In this document: piece after piece, positions 38,914 to 55,928 of the stretch
Position numbering within the stretch: the stretch's first letter is position 1
How the letters are laid out: the number at the start of each line of letters is the position of its first letter
Notes under the pieces: generated by a model
Told to the model about the DNA's origin: nothing
Database searches by the model: none
What the model saw: only the letters and a program-made list of their open reading frames with translations
Program-made: the position numbers and the translations under genes
Source: Raillietiella orientalis
Lineage: Eukaryota
NCBI GenBank assembly: GCA_036172245.1
Contig: JAYWIR010000030.1
Span: 868,001 to 932,000, forward strand
DNA: 64,000 bases
Direction: 5' to 3'

Positions 38914-41776
38914 TTACAAATGTAAAAAATCCTGCAGGAGTACAGTTCTTCGTTTTTCAGCCACATTCATTTGGTTTTGCAATTGACCTCGATTAGTGGT
39001 GTCAGCATGTTCAACTTCCCATGACAGATTCTCTATTTCAGCTTCCAGTTGTGCCTGTTGATACTCAAACTACAACACTTTACTCTATCCATAAGGTATT
39101 AGAACTCACCAGTTGCTTTCTACATCCTGGTTCCATGTAGTAGGCATAAGGATATGTATACTGTAGAGTGTACCGACAACGTGCCAATAAGGCTGCTGCA
39201 TCAAGAAGGTATTGCCAATCAATCCATGTACCACAGCTAGATCGCACTTTATCATCAATACGTGAATGGATCTTCTTCAGTGTAGTTTCTTCCAATTTTA
39301 AGCTTTTAGCATGATTTTCCCACTACAGTCAGTGAATCATTAGCACCAAAAGATTGCTCATCTCACCCTTTCATAATAGAACAAATACTTTTTAAGAGCT
39401 TCACGTGCTTTGGCATGCTGAGATTCATTAGCTTGTTCAGGATTTTCTTTATAACGAGAACATTCATAATATTCCGATCCATGGGTTTTCCAATCTCCTA
39501 AACACATCCAGCAGAAATCATGTTTGCAGCTATAGCACTGCATGTGATTACAGCCACCATTCTTCTCAATGCAAATGTGACATCGGGGACACTGGATCAT
39601 TGTAATATAATAATGGAATTGATACCAGTTACTCACATCTTTGGTATGGGCACGAATGTAATTAGCAGTTTCACTACTATCTGCACATTTGGTCAACCAT
39701 TTGTGTATGGTCTCACAATCAGTAGGGGCATGATAGTCACCTCCACAATTAAAACAAAAAGAAGTGCAACAATATGTGCATGTAGCTTTTCTAGCCAAGG
39801 GTCTTGGAGCAAATGCAATGAATGGGCATTCTGGCCCACGACAAAATCGTAACTGATTATGTGATTTGATATAATCATGGAGTGCAAACTGTTGATAGCG
39901 TTTTCTAAGTTCGTGGTTTTTCAAAAACGTTAAAACAAAGTCCTCCGGTGCAAGAATATTGCAGTCCTTAGCCATACATTCAATTCCTAAAGGCCTCCAA
40001 AATATGGATAAATGTACTCTATCACCTACCTGTGGTGATTCCTTGGCACACTTGCACTTCACAATGGCAAGACCAACAGTCTTTGCAAAATGCATGCTGA
40101 CAGCACAGGAAACTCATGAAATGAGAGGGATACCATCCTGCACATACAGTGCATAATTGTTCATCACTAGGAGTCACAGTTGTATATTTCTAAAAAATCT
40201 ATGTTTTCAGTACAGAAACTTCTACTTACCATGGGTTTAATATGAGATGCTATTAACAACTGTTCTGAGTCCTGAACATACTGCTCTATGACCTGTTTAA
40301 TATTCCATCCTTGGCTATGCAACAAAAGCTTGGATAGTGATGGTGTAATCTAAAATTTGATGGTAGGCTTGGCATTTCTGGCATATACATATAGATCATC
40401 AAATCCTTGGTTGCTCATTTAAAAAAAGGAAAAGAAAGGAAAAGAAAAGAAATTTTTCAAGACAAGCACAACCTTGGATTAACATTTATTACAATATGAT
40501 TCTTTCACCATGAAGTTCTGTTGCTTCACGTGTAGTCCCACAATTCTTGTGTCAGAGTTCCATCATGCAAGCCTAAAACTTCTTTCTGTGAAATTAATGC
40601 CTAATATCATTTATCCCACATTAAATTCAGCAGAATTCCCTATGCTACTGTTCCTACGTCAAATGCAACTTAACCTCCTTGCTCACTTTAACATTATACA
40701 TGTTATTTCCAATGTTATTTTCTCCCCGTAAACAATATAATGATTATTCATGGATCTGCTTATTGAATCAATAATGAATGAAGGCCAATGAAAATGCTGC
40801 TTGGTACATTTGCTTAATTAAGTCCTGTGCATTGCATCATTGTACTATTCATATATTCATATTGCATGTGTAAAGAAAATCAGGCTGAGCTACTTTTCTT
40901 GCTTGTCCTTTGAAAAATGACATGTCTGTCATTCTTTTGAACAGAAAAAACAACTGCGAAACAATCTGGTGAAACAAAACAAATAAGACTGTTTTCATTT
41001 CAACAACTTGAAATCTTCATCACTTGAAAAAGTTTACTTTGGCCTAAATAGTAAACTGTTCGAACCAACTGGGTGAATGATTTTTATTACTCTACTGCCC
41101 TCGAAAATAATAAATAAAATTGCGTTAACATATAGAAATACAAAAAAAACTGGAAATTTCGAAACGTCTTGTTTACAAAATGTTTCAAATTTCAAATTCC
41201 AAACAGCATTTTGATCATAATCTTTGAATCTCAAATTGATTTCTAGAAACTTGAGAATTATCGCTCTCAAATTACACAGTTAAATGACAGATAGCATTTT
41301 GGGGCTAAAATCAATTTTTAAACTTCTATTTTCGTGTGCGACCTGTGATCCACAAATACCTACATAAATAAACGAATGAATAAACACCCCACCAGAGCAT
41401 GGTAAACGGTAAAGCACAATACATCAAAACACTGCTGCAATAACGAAAATCTGCATCGAAAGTCCAGCATGTAATGACCGCAAAGATCACAACTGCTAAA
41501 AGTACTTCTTATTAAGAACTTTAAGCAAACATAACACACATGCAAACACACATCACTTCATGCATGTGTATACCAAACCTTTAATTTCTTCGTTACTGTT
41601 TCCACAGAGTCATTTAATAATTTCTCAATGTCATTAATACTGTAAAATTCACAATCAAATTTCTCGGGGTTGTTTTCCACACTGTCCAGCAATCCCAATT
41701 CCTCCCCGTCCACACGGTAATAATCCTCGTATTCAGAATCGTCGGAGGAATCTGCATCTCCATCTTCAGATGCCAT
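38914..41776 (-). CDS. ARIH2: RBR E3 ubiquitin ligase ariadne-2
   Basis: Exons 41776-41579, 40349-40230, 40189-40030, 39986-39637, 39591-39367, 39322-39110, 39069-38914. Acidic N-terminus, RING1, IBR, RING2 ([45 protein letters not shown]) and Ariadne domain ([40 protein letters not shown]). Confidence 0.96.
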
Positions 41777-44700
41777 GCTTTTTCAACAAACACAATAAAT
41801 CTTCCCTAGCATGCAGTCTAATAAGCATCCCACTTTTCAGGGAGGGAAATTCGAATCTACAATTTGTTTTGTCACCAAGTGCGCACATCCACCATAACCA
41901 GTGCATCGTGTTGTGCAAAACCGTAAATGACAGACTGCTCGTCAGCAGCAAAACGCACATTCATTGCTGTGCAATCACAGGCCTCACGGAAATGTTTTGG
42001 TTGAAAACAACCTCCTCCCACCGCAAAACACTCTTTAGTAGTTGCCACGTTCGATTTCTCCTTTAAGACAAAAATACGTTACGGTGCACGACTGCACAAA
42101 GGCATTTGGAGATCCCTTCATTTCTGCTGACGAAAAGTTGCAAAAGTTTCGTTCAAAACGAGCCAAATGAAGCAAAGATTATCTTCCCTCTGAGGGGAAG
42201 GTGCAAAGAGAGGGCTTTCCATATCTAAAATTCAACACCGCCGTAAAAAACAGAGACGTACGTGTTTTACCGAAGCAGAAGAACGAAACAGCATCAATCG
42301 GAACAAACCGTTCTCAAAAAGGAGACCTGAGAGTTGGACCCAAAATTCGTTTTCAACCCCCTTTCGTCCAAATTCCGACAATTTTAAAATAAATCTTCAA
42401 CAGGCTTTTCATCAAGAAATTCCCAAGGAAATCAAAAAGCTTACGTAGTATTTGAAATTATGTATTTCTAAATTCGGAATTTGTATCTATGAACCTGACT
42501 TTCTTAAAAAAGAGAGGTGAAGAAAACAAATACATTTGCAGATTAACGAAACAACATATTCTCAACAATTTTTTCCTGAAAAGTAGCAAAGCTCTAATGC
42601 TTACAGCCATTTGCATATCAAGTACTTACATACAAAGACACTGTTGTGTTTTCTGATTTGCTGGAGCATTTGATATAAGGGATTTACATATCCAATGCTG
42701 ACAATTTAATGATGACAGCTATTGAAAATGAATCGCAATGTATTAATATAAAATAAACATACATTGATGAATTAATACATTTATGGTGCATTGTTGCAAA
42801 TGTACTAAAATTCATGATTATTCAGATATTCTTTAAAAAAGCTTGGCACTGCAAATGGACCCTTAGTAATTCCCTGTTGAGATGCATGCTTTACAAAACT
42901 TTTCAGTCTACTATTTGTGGTGAAATCTATAATCAAAACTAAATTATGGATATCGGCATATTGCATTCAAGACTAATTTATGAAATAAATTCCAAGAATA
43001 GAAAATTACTACTGAGTAGAAACTCTAAAAGCTTAATTAGAAAAAATGACCTCATGGAGTAAACAGCAGCTGATTTCTGTGATCATCGTTTTGCAATTTA
43101 ATTCCAGAAAAATCCACATGATACGAGCTATCTTTGGGAAAGCTTCCCACCCAAGATTAGAAGAAGTACTAAAATGAAAACTTGAAGGAATAATCAAAGT
43201 AGCTGAACAATCTCTTGTGTGAAAAAATGCTTACGACCTCCCATTTAATGAAATGGACTTTGCACGTAAAACAACGAGCTAAACCAACACCAATTAGAGC
43301 AAAAAGGCTTGGGATTAAGGAGAAAGCAGTGAAGAGAAAATCCATCCAAGTTGGGAACAACTAATTCTAAACATGTTAAAGAAAACTCTTTATAGACGAG
43401 TTACTATTACTCTCATAAGAAATTTAAGATCTTAGTTTTGTAGTAATCGTAGGAAATCATTTCGGATCTCTTTGATACATTGCAAATCGGTACTTGATAG
43501 TAACGTTTACTATGTTTAGTGAATGGTAAGTCGCCTTAGAACACTGTACAAGTCAATTTCTATAATATGTGAGTTGGAAGGATGATCTAGGGATGGTTTC
43601 TACCTTAGCAATAAAAACCAATTTGAAATTCAACCCGAAACAGAACATCGAGAAAGCAGCATTCCAATTCTTCCCATCACGATAAACCCCCCCCTTGGCC
43701 ATGAATTTGATACTTCCACTTTGATTTATTTCCAACACGAACAAGATAAAAAATAGACTGAAGAGCAATTATGCAGGGATCCCATTCGGGGTTGGTAAGT
43801 TAAGCAGTGTTCAAACCAACGTCATTTCCCAAATCATGCTTTTCGTAGTGCTTTTTAAGAGCATGGATTCAACATGATGCAATCCTGCAGTGATTTTATT
43901 CCAATGTCAATGAAAATAAAGGTTGATTGTAGGCTGTTTTTTTTTTTAGAGAACTTGAACAGTGATAACATGGCAGAAACTGGACACAGTGGATAGAGTT
44001 GATAGTGGCAGTGAGCTGACTGTGGTTTGGTGAAAGAGTAATAAATTCATGAAAAAGTTTCAATTTGTCAAAGGGGACCTGTATGCGTGATCATACAACA
44101 CTGGTGTTAGTTGTAAAAACTCTTAAGAGAATAGCTTCTAACCTGAATTGTATTCGGAGTTAGAAACTTGCAACAAATTCACATTAGTAAATAGTTTCTA
44201 GCTGGAGTTGCCTTCTTGCTTATTTCTGTTACGTAGTATCTGAAGTGTTTAGAGTATCATGTGTTCATCAAGTTTTGATCCAACACAAGAAATAAGAATT
44301 CTTTCTTAGTTGAAGGATGCAAATGATACGAATGCAGAGCAAAATTTGAAGAAGAGGATGAGTGCAACAAGCATAACCATATCTTTATATCTTCCTTCCC
44401 AGGAGTTCAATTTCTTTAGGTACATTGGTATTGTGGCAATGTTTCCGATTTGTAATAGAAGAGAGTGGCTTGTCAAGTTTCATTTAGCTCAAAACCTAAA
44501 TTTGCTGACGTGCACCCATAATTTTACAACGACTATTTTGAATGCAGAGCAAAAACAAACTCGGCCTTCAAAGACACGATGTTGATTCCTCAGGTCTCTG
44601 CGATGAAGTTGAGATGAGCATTGCATTTTACAATAAAAGTTGTTTCAATAATAAAAACATTCTGGGAATTCGTAGTAATTCATTCATCCATTTTAAGAAT

Positions 44701-47062
44701 GGACTCTAGGAATTCATTCATTCTTAGAATTCATTGTATGCATCTAATTAGTGAAGTAATGATTTCAAGATATATACAGTAGCATGTCAACTGAATATTG
44801 TAGTTGTGACGTGAGAACGTATTCATATGTGCTAATTAACTGAAATATGTTAGTGATTACATTATCAATAACATTATTTCCTTTAATATCATGATGTGTG
44901 GAAACATGTGTACTCGTCAAGGAGGTCGAAAATTGAATGATGAAATCAAGTTGCAGTACTATTCAGTAAACCATTGCTGTCTTTCAATTCCGTAGTAAAG
45001 CTCGAGAATCCGGGAAAATCCTCTGTGTGATAATAGCGTCTGAGAACAACAGACTTTTTTGCAATGGAGACTTAAGAGAGCGAGTCTTTGTAGGGAACAG
45101 CAAATGGTTCTGCTGATTGGGATTGATATTTGTTTAGAATCCAAATCCGCATCTTGCTATTCGAATAAAGAATTGTCCTCATCTTCACTTGATGAACACG
45201 ACAGGGTAAACGTCCCATTTCAAGTCAGTTCATTCGCGATTCATTCTGCTTTCTACTCAGCCACCAAGTTGCACAGTGTAAGAGAGGAAAAGGATGGGAA
45301 ATTTGTCAATCAAGTAAGATGAAAGTAGTTTATGACAATATCTGGCGATAGTTCATGACAGGTCACGGAATTGCATATTTCACACGAAATACGAGTAGGT
45401 AGTGGTGAATGCCTTCAGCCTTCGGAGGAAATTCCATGCTAGCATAAGCAGATCTGGTTTAGATAGGTATTTCAGCGATCGGTTTAGCAAGCTCCTTCAC
45501 CTGTTCCACGACTCGCGTCAGAAACCTTTGCAATAGATCCATCTCAGCAATTGCACGTCATTGCGTTGTGGAGCCAAGAAACCAAAGGGAGCCGGAAACC
45601 TCTTTCAAGATTGCAAAAGTGCCTCCCAGTAATGGACTTGGGAAAGTCGTGCGAAAACTTAGGGATGCCAAGTAACCAAGGCTTATTTCCCGCGAAGATC
45701 ATCAAACATCAAATTTTGGCCAAAACAATCTCCATAATGGATTATGGGCTCCTGACTTATGATGGCAAAAGTAGGATGGTTTGACAACCTTCTTATTTCC
45801 TGTCCTGATGCAATATCTACGGTTAAAAATGCTTCATTCTGCTATAGGCTTGGTTTGGGAACGTTTAGGGGTCATGATGCATTGTATATTTTCAGATAAC
45901 AATAAAGAGTACAAACGTATATTATAGATTTCAATTACATATATGTACCATACTATAAATTAGGTGTATACTTAGGTGCACCATCGACAGCACGATCGCT
46001 TTGTTTTGGCTTTTGAGCTCGCAGGTCAAATCAGTCAAGGGTGGCTTAACGCCCACTAATGACCGTCAACGTCGGCCCCAGCGTCAATTCTGAAAACTTT
46101 TTCGAGCCCCTATGGAGAACTCAGACGTATCTGCGATCGGACATTGGTCTATCAGACGCGAGCGAAGTATGCTGCAATGGAAAAAAATAAGTTTTCTTTA
46201 AACTTTCTCCTCGAGGCAAAAGGACTTACGAACGGTCAATTCACAAATCCGAAGAACACTTCCCATCTTCCTGCTGTCATAGGTTAAGAATCTGAGGAGT
46301 AAAATTACTAAATTAAGAACACATTTTGCATTGCATATTAATCTGAATTTTTAGATCGATTCATTTGACTCTATTAGGCTATTACTTAATTAATAACTTA
46401 CCAATTAGATTCATTCATATTACTACTGGGATGCAGTATAATATTTGTAATAATCTCCTTGCGTGAGATTGAAAATATGCTTTGGTTTATGAATTTTCTT
46501 AATGAATAGAATATTAATGAACATGGAATATTCTGAAATACAGTAAGCGAAAATTGTGATATGACAAAAGAATTCTTTGGAATCACTAAAAAATAAAATA
46601 AGATAATTTAGTTTATGCTCCTAAATACATGCAATGTAAACCCAAAGTTATATAGGCTAAAAGTTATATTGCGTGGATATCACGAAGGAAAAATCACTAT
46701 TGTTTAAAATATTTATATGGTAATTAAGATTGTTTATAGAAATTCATTAAAAAAATCAAGAATTTGTCTGATTGGAACCTTTTGTTTACGGGAAAAGAAA
46801 AAAATTCCTGCTTTGTTAACTAATGTGGCAGAAATATATGCATTAGATTTATAATTTAATTATGTCTAGGTGTCTAGGCTGGTTTGCATGTGATTTGTAA
46901 ATGACTTTTTTGATATGATACAAACGATTTTAAAAAGGTTTAGAATTTGGTAGCCTGTGACTTTGTAGATGCTTCATATATAGGCATTATAGGAAAAAGA
47001 AGGAAATAAGGTACCCTAGTATGTGAGATTACATAAGCCTTAGCATCAACTATCAATGGTAC

Positions 47063-49258
47063 CTGCATGCCTACCAGAGTTTGTTCCACCAGCTGACGCT
47101 ACGTATCAGGGAAGAAGGACGACTACCGCAATCCTTCTACGAGAGTAGGATGAGATTGCTGCCAAAAGGAGGTGACCTAACGCAGGTCACCCAATGGAGG
47201 TCAATCACGATCCTCAACTCCGATGCCAAGTGGTTGGCGAAGATCTGGGCCAACCGCTTAGGCAAGGTCATGCCGAAGCTGATCTCTCCGGTCCAGATAT
47301 GTGCGGTGCCTGGACGCCACATGTCGGACAATGCCAAGTGTGCCCATTGGACTCAGCCGATATATCGGCGAGAACATGGTACTGGGCTTCACTGACATGG
47401 AGAAGGCTTTCGATACGGTGGACCACGGGATGCTGCTGAAGATCCTAGGAACACTGGGCCTCCCGGAATACTTCGGCAACTTCGTGAAGATGGTACTCGA
47501 AGAACAAAATTTCCACATGAGGATTAATGGTGGAATGACAACAGCTATCCGGATGGAACGCGGAGTCCGCCAGGGCGATGCTCTGAGTCCGATGCTGTTT
47601 GTCATCTACATGGAGACCCCCTCGTCACTCATCGAGAGAAATGGATACCTCCACGGAATAACAATGGATACACAAAAGCTCACCCATCTAGCCTACGCAG
47701 ATGATCTTCTCTTCCTAAAAGGGGAGAGAGATCAGCGAGGGTTTCTGCATGTGGTGGAGCTAATGGAACAAGGAATGGGCTTAAGAATCAATGCCCCAAA
47801 AAGCCAGCTTTTGTCCGTCGGAATCCTGGACCTCACCACTCTTACAAGGGAAGGTTTCCGCACGGTGGATCAAGTGAAGTACCTGGGTGTCCACATTGGC
47901 GAAGCACCAGCATCCCAATTACTGTAGAAAGAAATCCTGGGGAAAGCAGCAGCAGAAGCAGCCAAGTATACCCGTTCGGACTTTAACATGAAGAAGAGGG
48001 CTAATCTTTGGAACGGATTTCTCCTTCCGAAGATACTCTTTGGAGCTGCCTTCTACAGAATGTTCAAAGATACCAAGAGAGAGGTGGAAAAGCTTCAGAG
48101 GAAGACCCTTTGGGGAGGATACCGACCGAGAGTACGCCTCAAACCACCATGTCGCCCTAAGGAAGAAGGTGGGACCGGGATGAAGTCGCCTGCACACGCC
48201 GTGGACATCATGGACGTGCGACAAATCCTGGACACGTCTTCCAACTGTGACGACTGGCCGTATGCAGCTCACAGGGCGTACTCGCTGTTGTTGAACAACT
48301 CGAGAGACCTGATGACTGCGCTGCTCGGCAGATTGGGCGAATGGTCCACCACTGACCCAACATGGCGGAGAAAACAGCAACTAATAAGGAAAGAACAAAT
48401 CAAGATCATCCCGAAAAGCAAAGAACTCTGGCAGGAGGAATCCATCCTGGTTATCCCGTGGATGCTCCCCGTGCAGGATGACACGAGGAGCTGGATACGC
48501 CAGCGGTCCAGAGTTACTTTGAAAGCCACTGAGACATGGAGACGGCAGAGATTCCTACACCATTCCAGGATGCTCCGTTACGTCCAAAGGATCTCTTGGC
48601 AGCTTTACCCATAGGACCCGAGAAGGGTGGAAAAACCATAACGACTTCGCGTGGTCCAGGGTAACCAAGAACAACTTACGCCGGCTAATAGTCGAAGAAC
48701 AAGACACCAGTGCCCTCCAAGAAGCCGCCGACCACCACGCCAGCAGTGGATGTAATCCACTAGCGATTGGGACGGTGCTCTGGAGGAATGACCTGCCACC
48801 GGACACTCAGGATAACCTCCTTATGTTTTACCATGGAGGCATCCTGAGTGGATCCAGAATGAAGTTTTTCACGGGCAAAAGGGAAGAAGAAATCTGCAGA
48901 CATGTGGTGGCATCGATACAAGACGGCATGTTTTGACCTGCTCCACATTGCAAACCGAGTGGTATACCTTAAAAAGGGTCATCGGGCTGCCCAATGTCTC
49001 GACCATGGCGGTCTTGGCAGAGATGTTCCAAGGAAATGGAACTGTTCCATGCTATACCCAATGGTAAGAGGGACCATCGCCCTCTTCATCACCGCCATTC
49101 TTGTGCGGTGGTGGAAGATGAAGACCACCAGGACTGCCGCATCTTCGATGGACATCCTGAAAGAACTTATCCAGAAGGAGATCGGCGTCAGGAACTGTGG
49201 AAGAGTCCAGGCCTGGAACTGCCGTCACATCCTGAGAAGGATTGAAGGCAGCATCTAG
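47063..49258 (+). mobile_element. 5'-truncated, decayed non-LTR retrotransposon ORF2 (L1/Tx1-like RT)
   Basis: LLPKGGDL...WRSITILNSDAK, DMEKAFDTVDH, GVRQGDALSPMLF, AYADD, KYLGV, PKEEGGTG. Frameshift near 47340-47380 and in-frame TAGs at 47925-27 and 48612-14. No endonuclease domain upstream. Boundaries approximate. Confidence 0.92.
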
Positions 49259-50093
49259 GCTCAAACGACGCTTAGGTGAATAAGTGCAGTGAAATTTCAG
49301 AGACCCAAAGAAATAGACTTCAAGAGAACACTCGTGAAGTGTAGTGAAGTTTTCTGTGTAAATTGTATGAATGAAATTGTAGTATGAGTGTAAAAGAAAA
49401 TAAATTCACCCCACCCCTAGTGTGACTTGGGGAAACCAGAAGCCTTAGCATGGTGCATGTACCGGAATTTGTATTTAGGCAAAGGAATAAGAAATCGTCG
49501 AGGTAGATTAATCTTTTAAGTCGATAAGCACGGGTTGTTTTGTTGTTTGAGAGTATTAGTGATAAGTTGATTGAATGGTGATGGAGGATAGTGTTGAAAA
49601 ATAAGGGGTAAACGAGAATTGGAGTGCTAGATGTAGGCATTTTTTGTGTCAGCGTGGAATTAGTGAAAGCTGATTTTTATTACCGAGGCGTTGATGAGTT
49701 TAATAAGAATGCTGCTGTGTGACTTACGTCATGCTCGACCCTTATTTTTGTGGTGAGGTGCTGAGGAGTTAGCGTTTCTAGTTTTTAATTGGTAAGGGAA
49801 TAAGACCAAGTTTGTTTTTTTTTGTGCGTAGTAGATGAAATAGATTTGTGCTTGGAGGTAGCCATCATGGGATTTCAATAAGTTAAGACCGATTTTTAAT
49901 TTGTTGCTGTTCTCTAAATGACCTACACGTTGAATCACACAAAAGTTTAAAACAGAATTGTAGCTAAGTTTGTATTGGATGTAGTCGAATATAATACACC
50001 TTAATCTGTGTCAACTATTTAATCGTACATCCTGTCAAAAAAGAAAAGAATTCACATTGCTGATCAATTTCAAACATACACTTTTATGTACAC

Positions 50094-50099
50094 TTTATT
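50094..50099 (-). promoter_or_regulatory. Putative polyadenylation signal (AATAAA) of RNF113A
   Basis: tttatt on the + strand, ~43 nt beyond the stop codon. Confidence 0.55.
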
Positions 50100-50141
50100 C
50101 ACATGGGAACACCAAAAAATGTATATACAGAATCATGTATA

Positions 50142-53753
<3,612 letters not shown>

Positions 53754-55928
53754 TTTAAACACTTATGCTGGTACCTCCATATGTTAACCAAATAACCAGA
53801 AGTAACTGAAGATTCAAATCTGAACCTGGTTTATGATCTCAATTTACTTTCTTTGAGAGCTAAACCGGGGTTACCACGAATTATTTTACCACCAATGCGC
53901 AAGTTTGGCACCCATAGTTCCTACGCATCTAACTCACATTTACATACAGTCAGGGTAGTCAATTTCCATTTTCCAGAAAGATAATTAGCGAAATTCAACA
54001 ATAAGCACCTAAGGTTATCATTGCGTTCAAGATCAGAAACTAATAGGAAAATTGTTCCAATATTTATGTGTTAAGCCATAAAAAGCAATATAAAACCAGA
54101 TGTGAAACACTCTAAGCACAATTCAATCCAAAATCATTCTCATTACTTGGAATCGATTACAGCAAATTGGCACATGTAGAAAATAAAGGAATGAAAAGCA
54201 CTAAGTAGTTATTGGATCTAGGAAAACCGATGAAAGAAGTTATATGGTATTTTACAACCACTCATTATAATAATTTAAATAAGGGGAATAACGAACAGGT
54301 CCTCAACGGCATAATATAGTACGAAGATTAAGTACACCATAGGAAAATAATCAAAGCTAAGAATCACTATGATAAAACTGAATTTTGGAAGCAAGACACT
54401 ACTCTTGTAAGTACAAGGATGGTTCTGATAAAAGAATATTGATGTTTTTGTTTGAGATCTGAAGTAACTAGGTTCTACTTAGATAAAAATATTAAACAGT
54501 CATGTGAAGAGACAATGTGAAATAAGCAAGACTAGAAGAAATGAATGAAGAATATCATACTAGAGTCTAAAAAAGATCATTTTATATTTATTTTTGACAC
54601 TGAGGGGCTTTCATTTCTATTTTGAAGTTTTCTTTTTAGCACTTTTTTTTCCTCAAGTAATCTCAACCGCCTACAATTTTTTTTGTAATGGACAAAACTG
54701 CTCTTGTAACTGCATATTTTTGCTCAATAAATATGAATACATGTCTCGTTTATTTGTGTGCAAATGAAGCTGATTTCATATAAGTAATGAAGTGAGAGCA
54801 GAGTAGGTTGAGATGAACCAGTCCATCACAAGAAATAGCAATATAGGCTTAAGCGATTTGCAATTGTATTTGCAAATAGATATATCAATCGATGGTTTTC
54901 TATAAATGAAAGTGATACACGTGCAAATTTGGGGTTGCACTCTAGCTATCATGTAGAAAAATTTCGAGGATTTATGTTGCTCTGAATATTCTGATGAAAG
55001 TATATCTTGGCATGTGCAAAAAACGAAAGGAATAGTAAGGAGTCATTGTGTAGTATCTGACAATCATTTGAATTGTACGATACGATGTGGATGCGATGGA
55101 AATAAGCAACCAGAGAAATATAATTATGTAAAACAATGTTTCCTAGAATTTCAGTGAACTGAAGTCGTGAAAGCTCGTCAAAGACCAAAAATTATTTCAG
55201 AAGTGCGGTCTTCCGAAGGATAGAGTTAAAGAATCTCACATATAAGGTTTCGATGATGTTGTACTCGCGAGAGAAAACTCTATTTGGGTTAGCTTGACGT
55301 ATATTTTTCTAGAATCCAGTAGGATAGTGCTACCTTTGAACTTAATCCTTTGTTCACCATACATCAGTTTGCATAGAACAGATTTTAAGAACTTTTTAGT
55401 TGTGGTTCTCTGTGGCTCCCTTATCCGTTGCAGAAGCAAGAAAAATGGACTTTGTCGATTCTTTGAGTTGTGAGCTCAAACTCAGATAGCGACAACGCAA
55501 ACAAGTCGGGGAAAAAATGAGGCCCCAGAGAGAAGCACGGGCAGTTGGGAAAAGAGCAAGAGAATTGGAAGTCCCTTTGCTGCATGACTGCTGACTTGGA
55601 GGTTTATGCCGAGCCACTGGAAGGAGCTGTAGGCAAATGCTATACACCTTTATTTCTTCGAATGCGAACATTCGTGCACCCGGTATAAGGAAATCTTCAC
55701 CTTTCAGTTCCGGGAGTTTAAAGTTTGCTTCAGTTTCTGCAATGAAACCAAAGACAGAAATGGATTTTGAATTTATAGATTCCTGGGCGTGTTGCCTGCA
55801 GTCTTGAATTCAGAGAAATCATCAAAAAACAGAGAGAGAAAGCAAACACAGGTTAAATAAGTGAGCAACGATAGTATGACAACGATTCATAACTCTAATT
55901 TCAAATCTATCAGCATCGACACTTCTTT

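Noticed and set aside
43050..45320. Short exon-like or transmembrane-like ORFs (e.g. 43169-43360 minus)
   Set aside because: No consistent multi-exon frame or homology.
49660..49676. gaaagctgatt resembling the 3' end of bantam miRNA
   Set aside because: Seed region and hairpin are absent.
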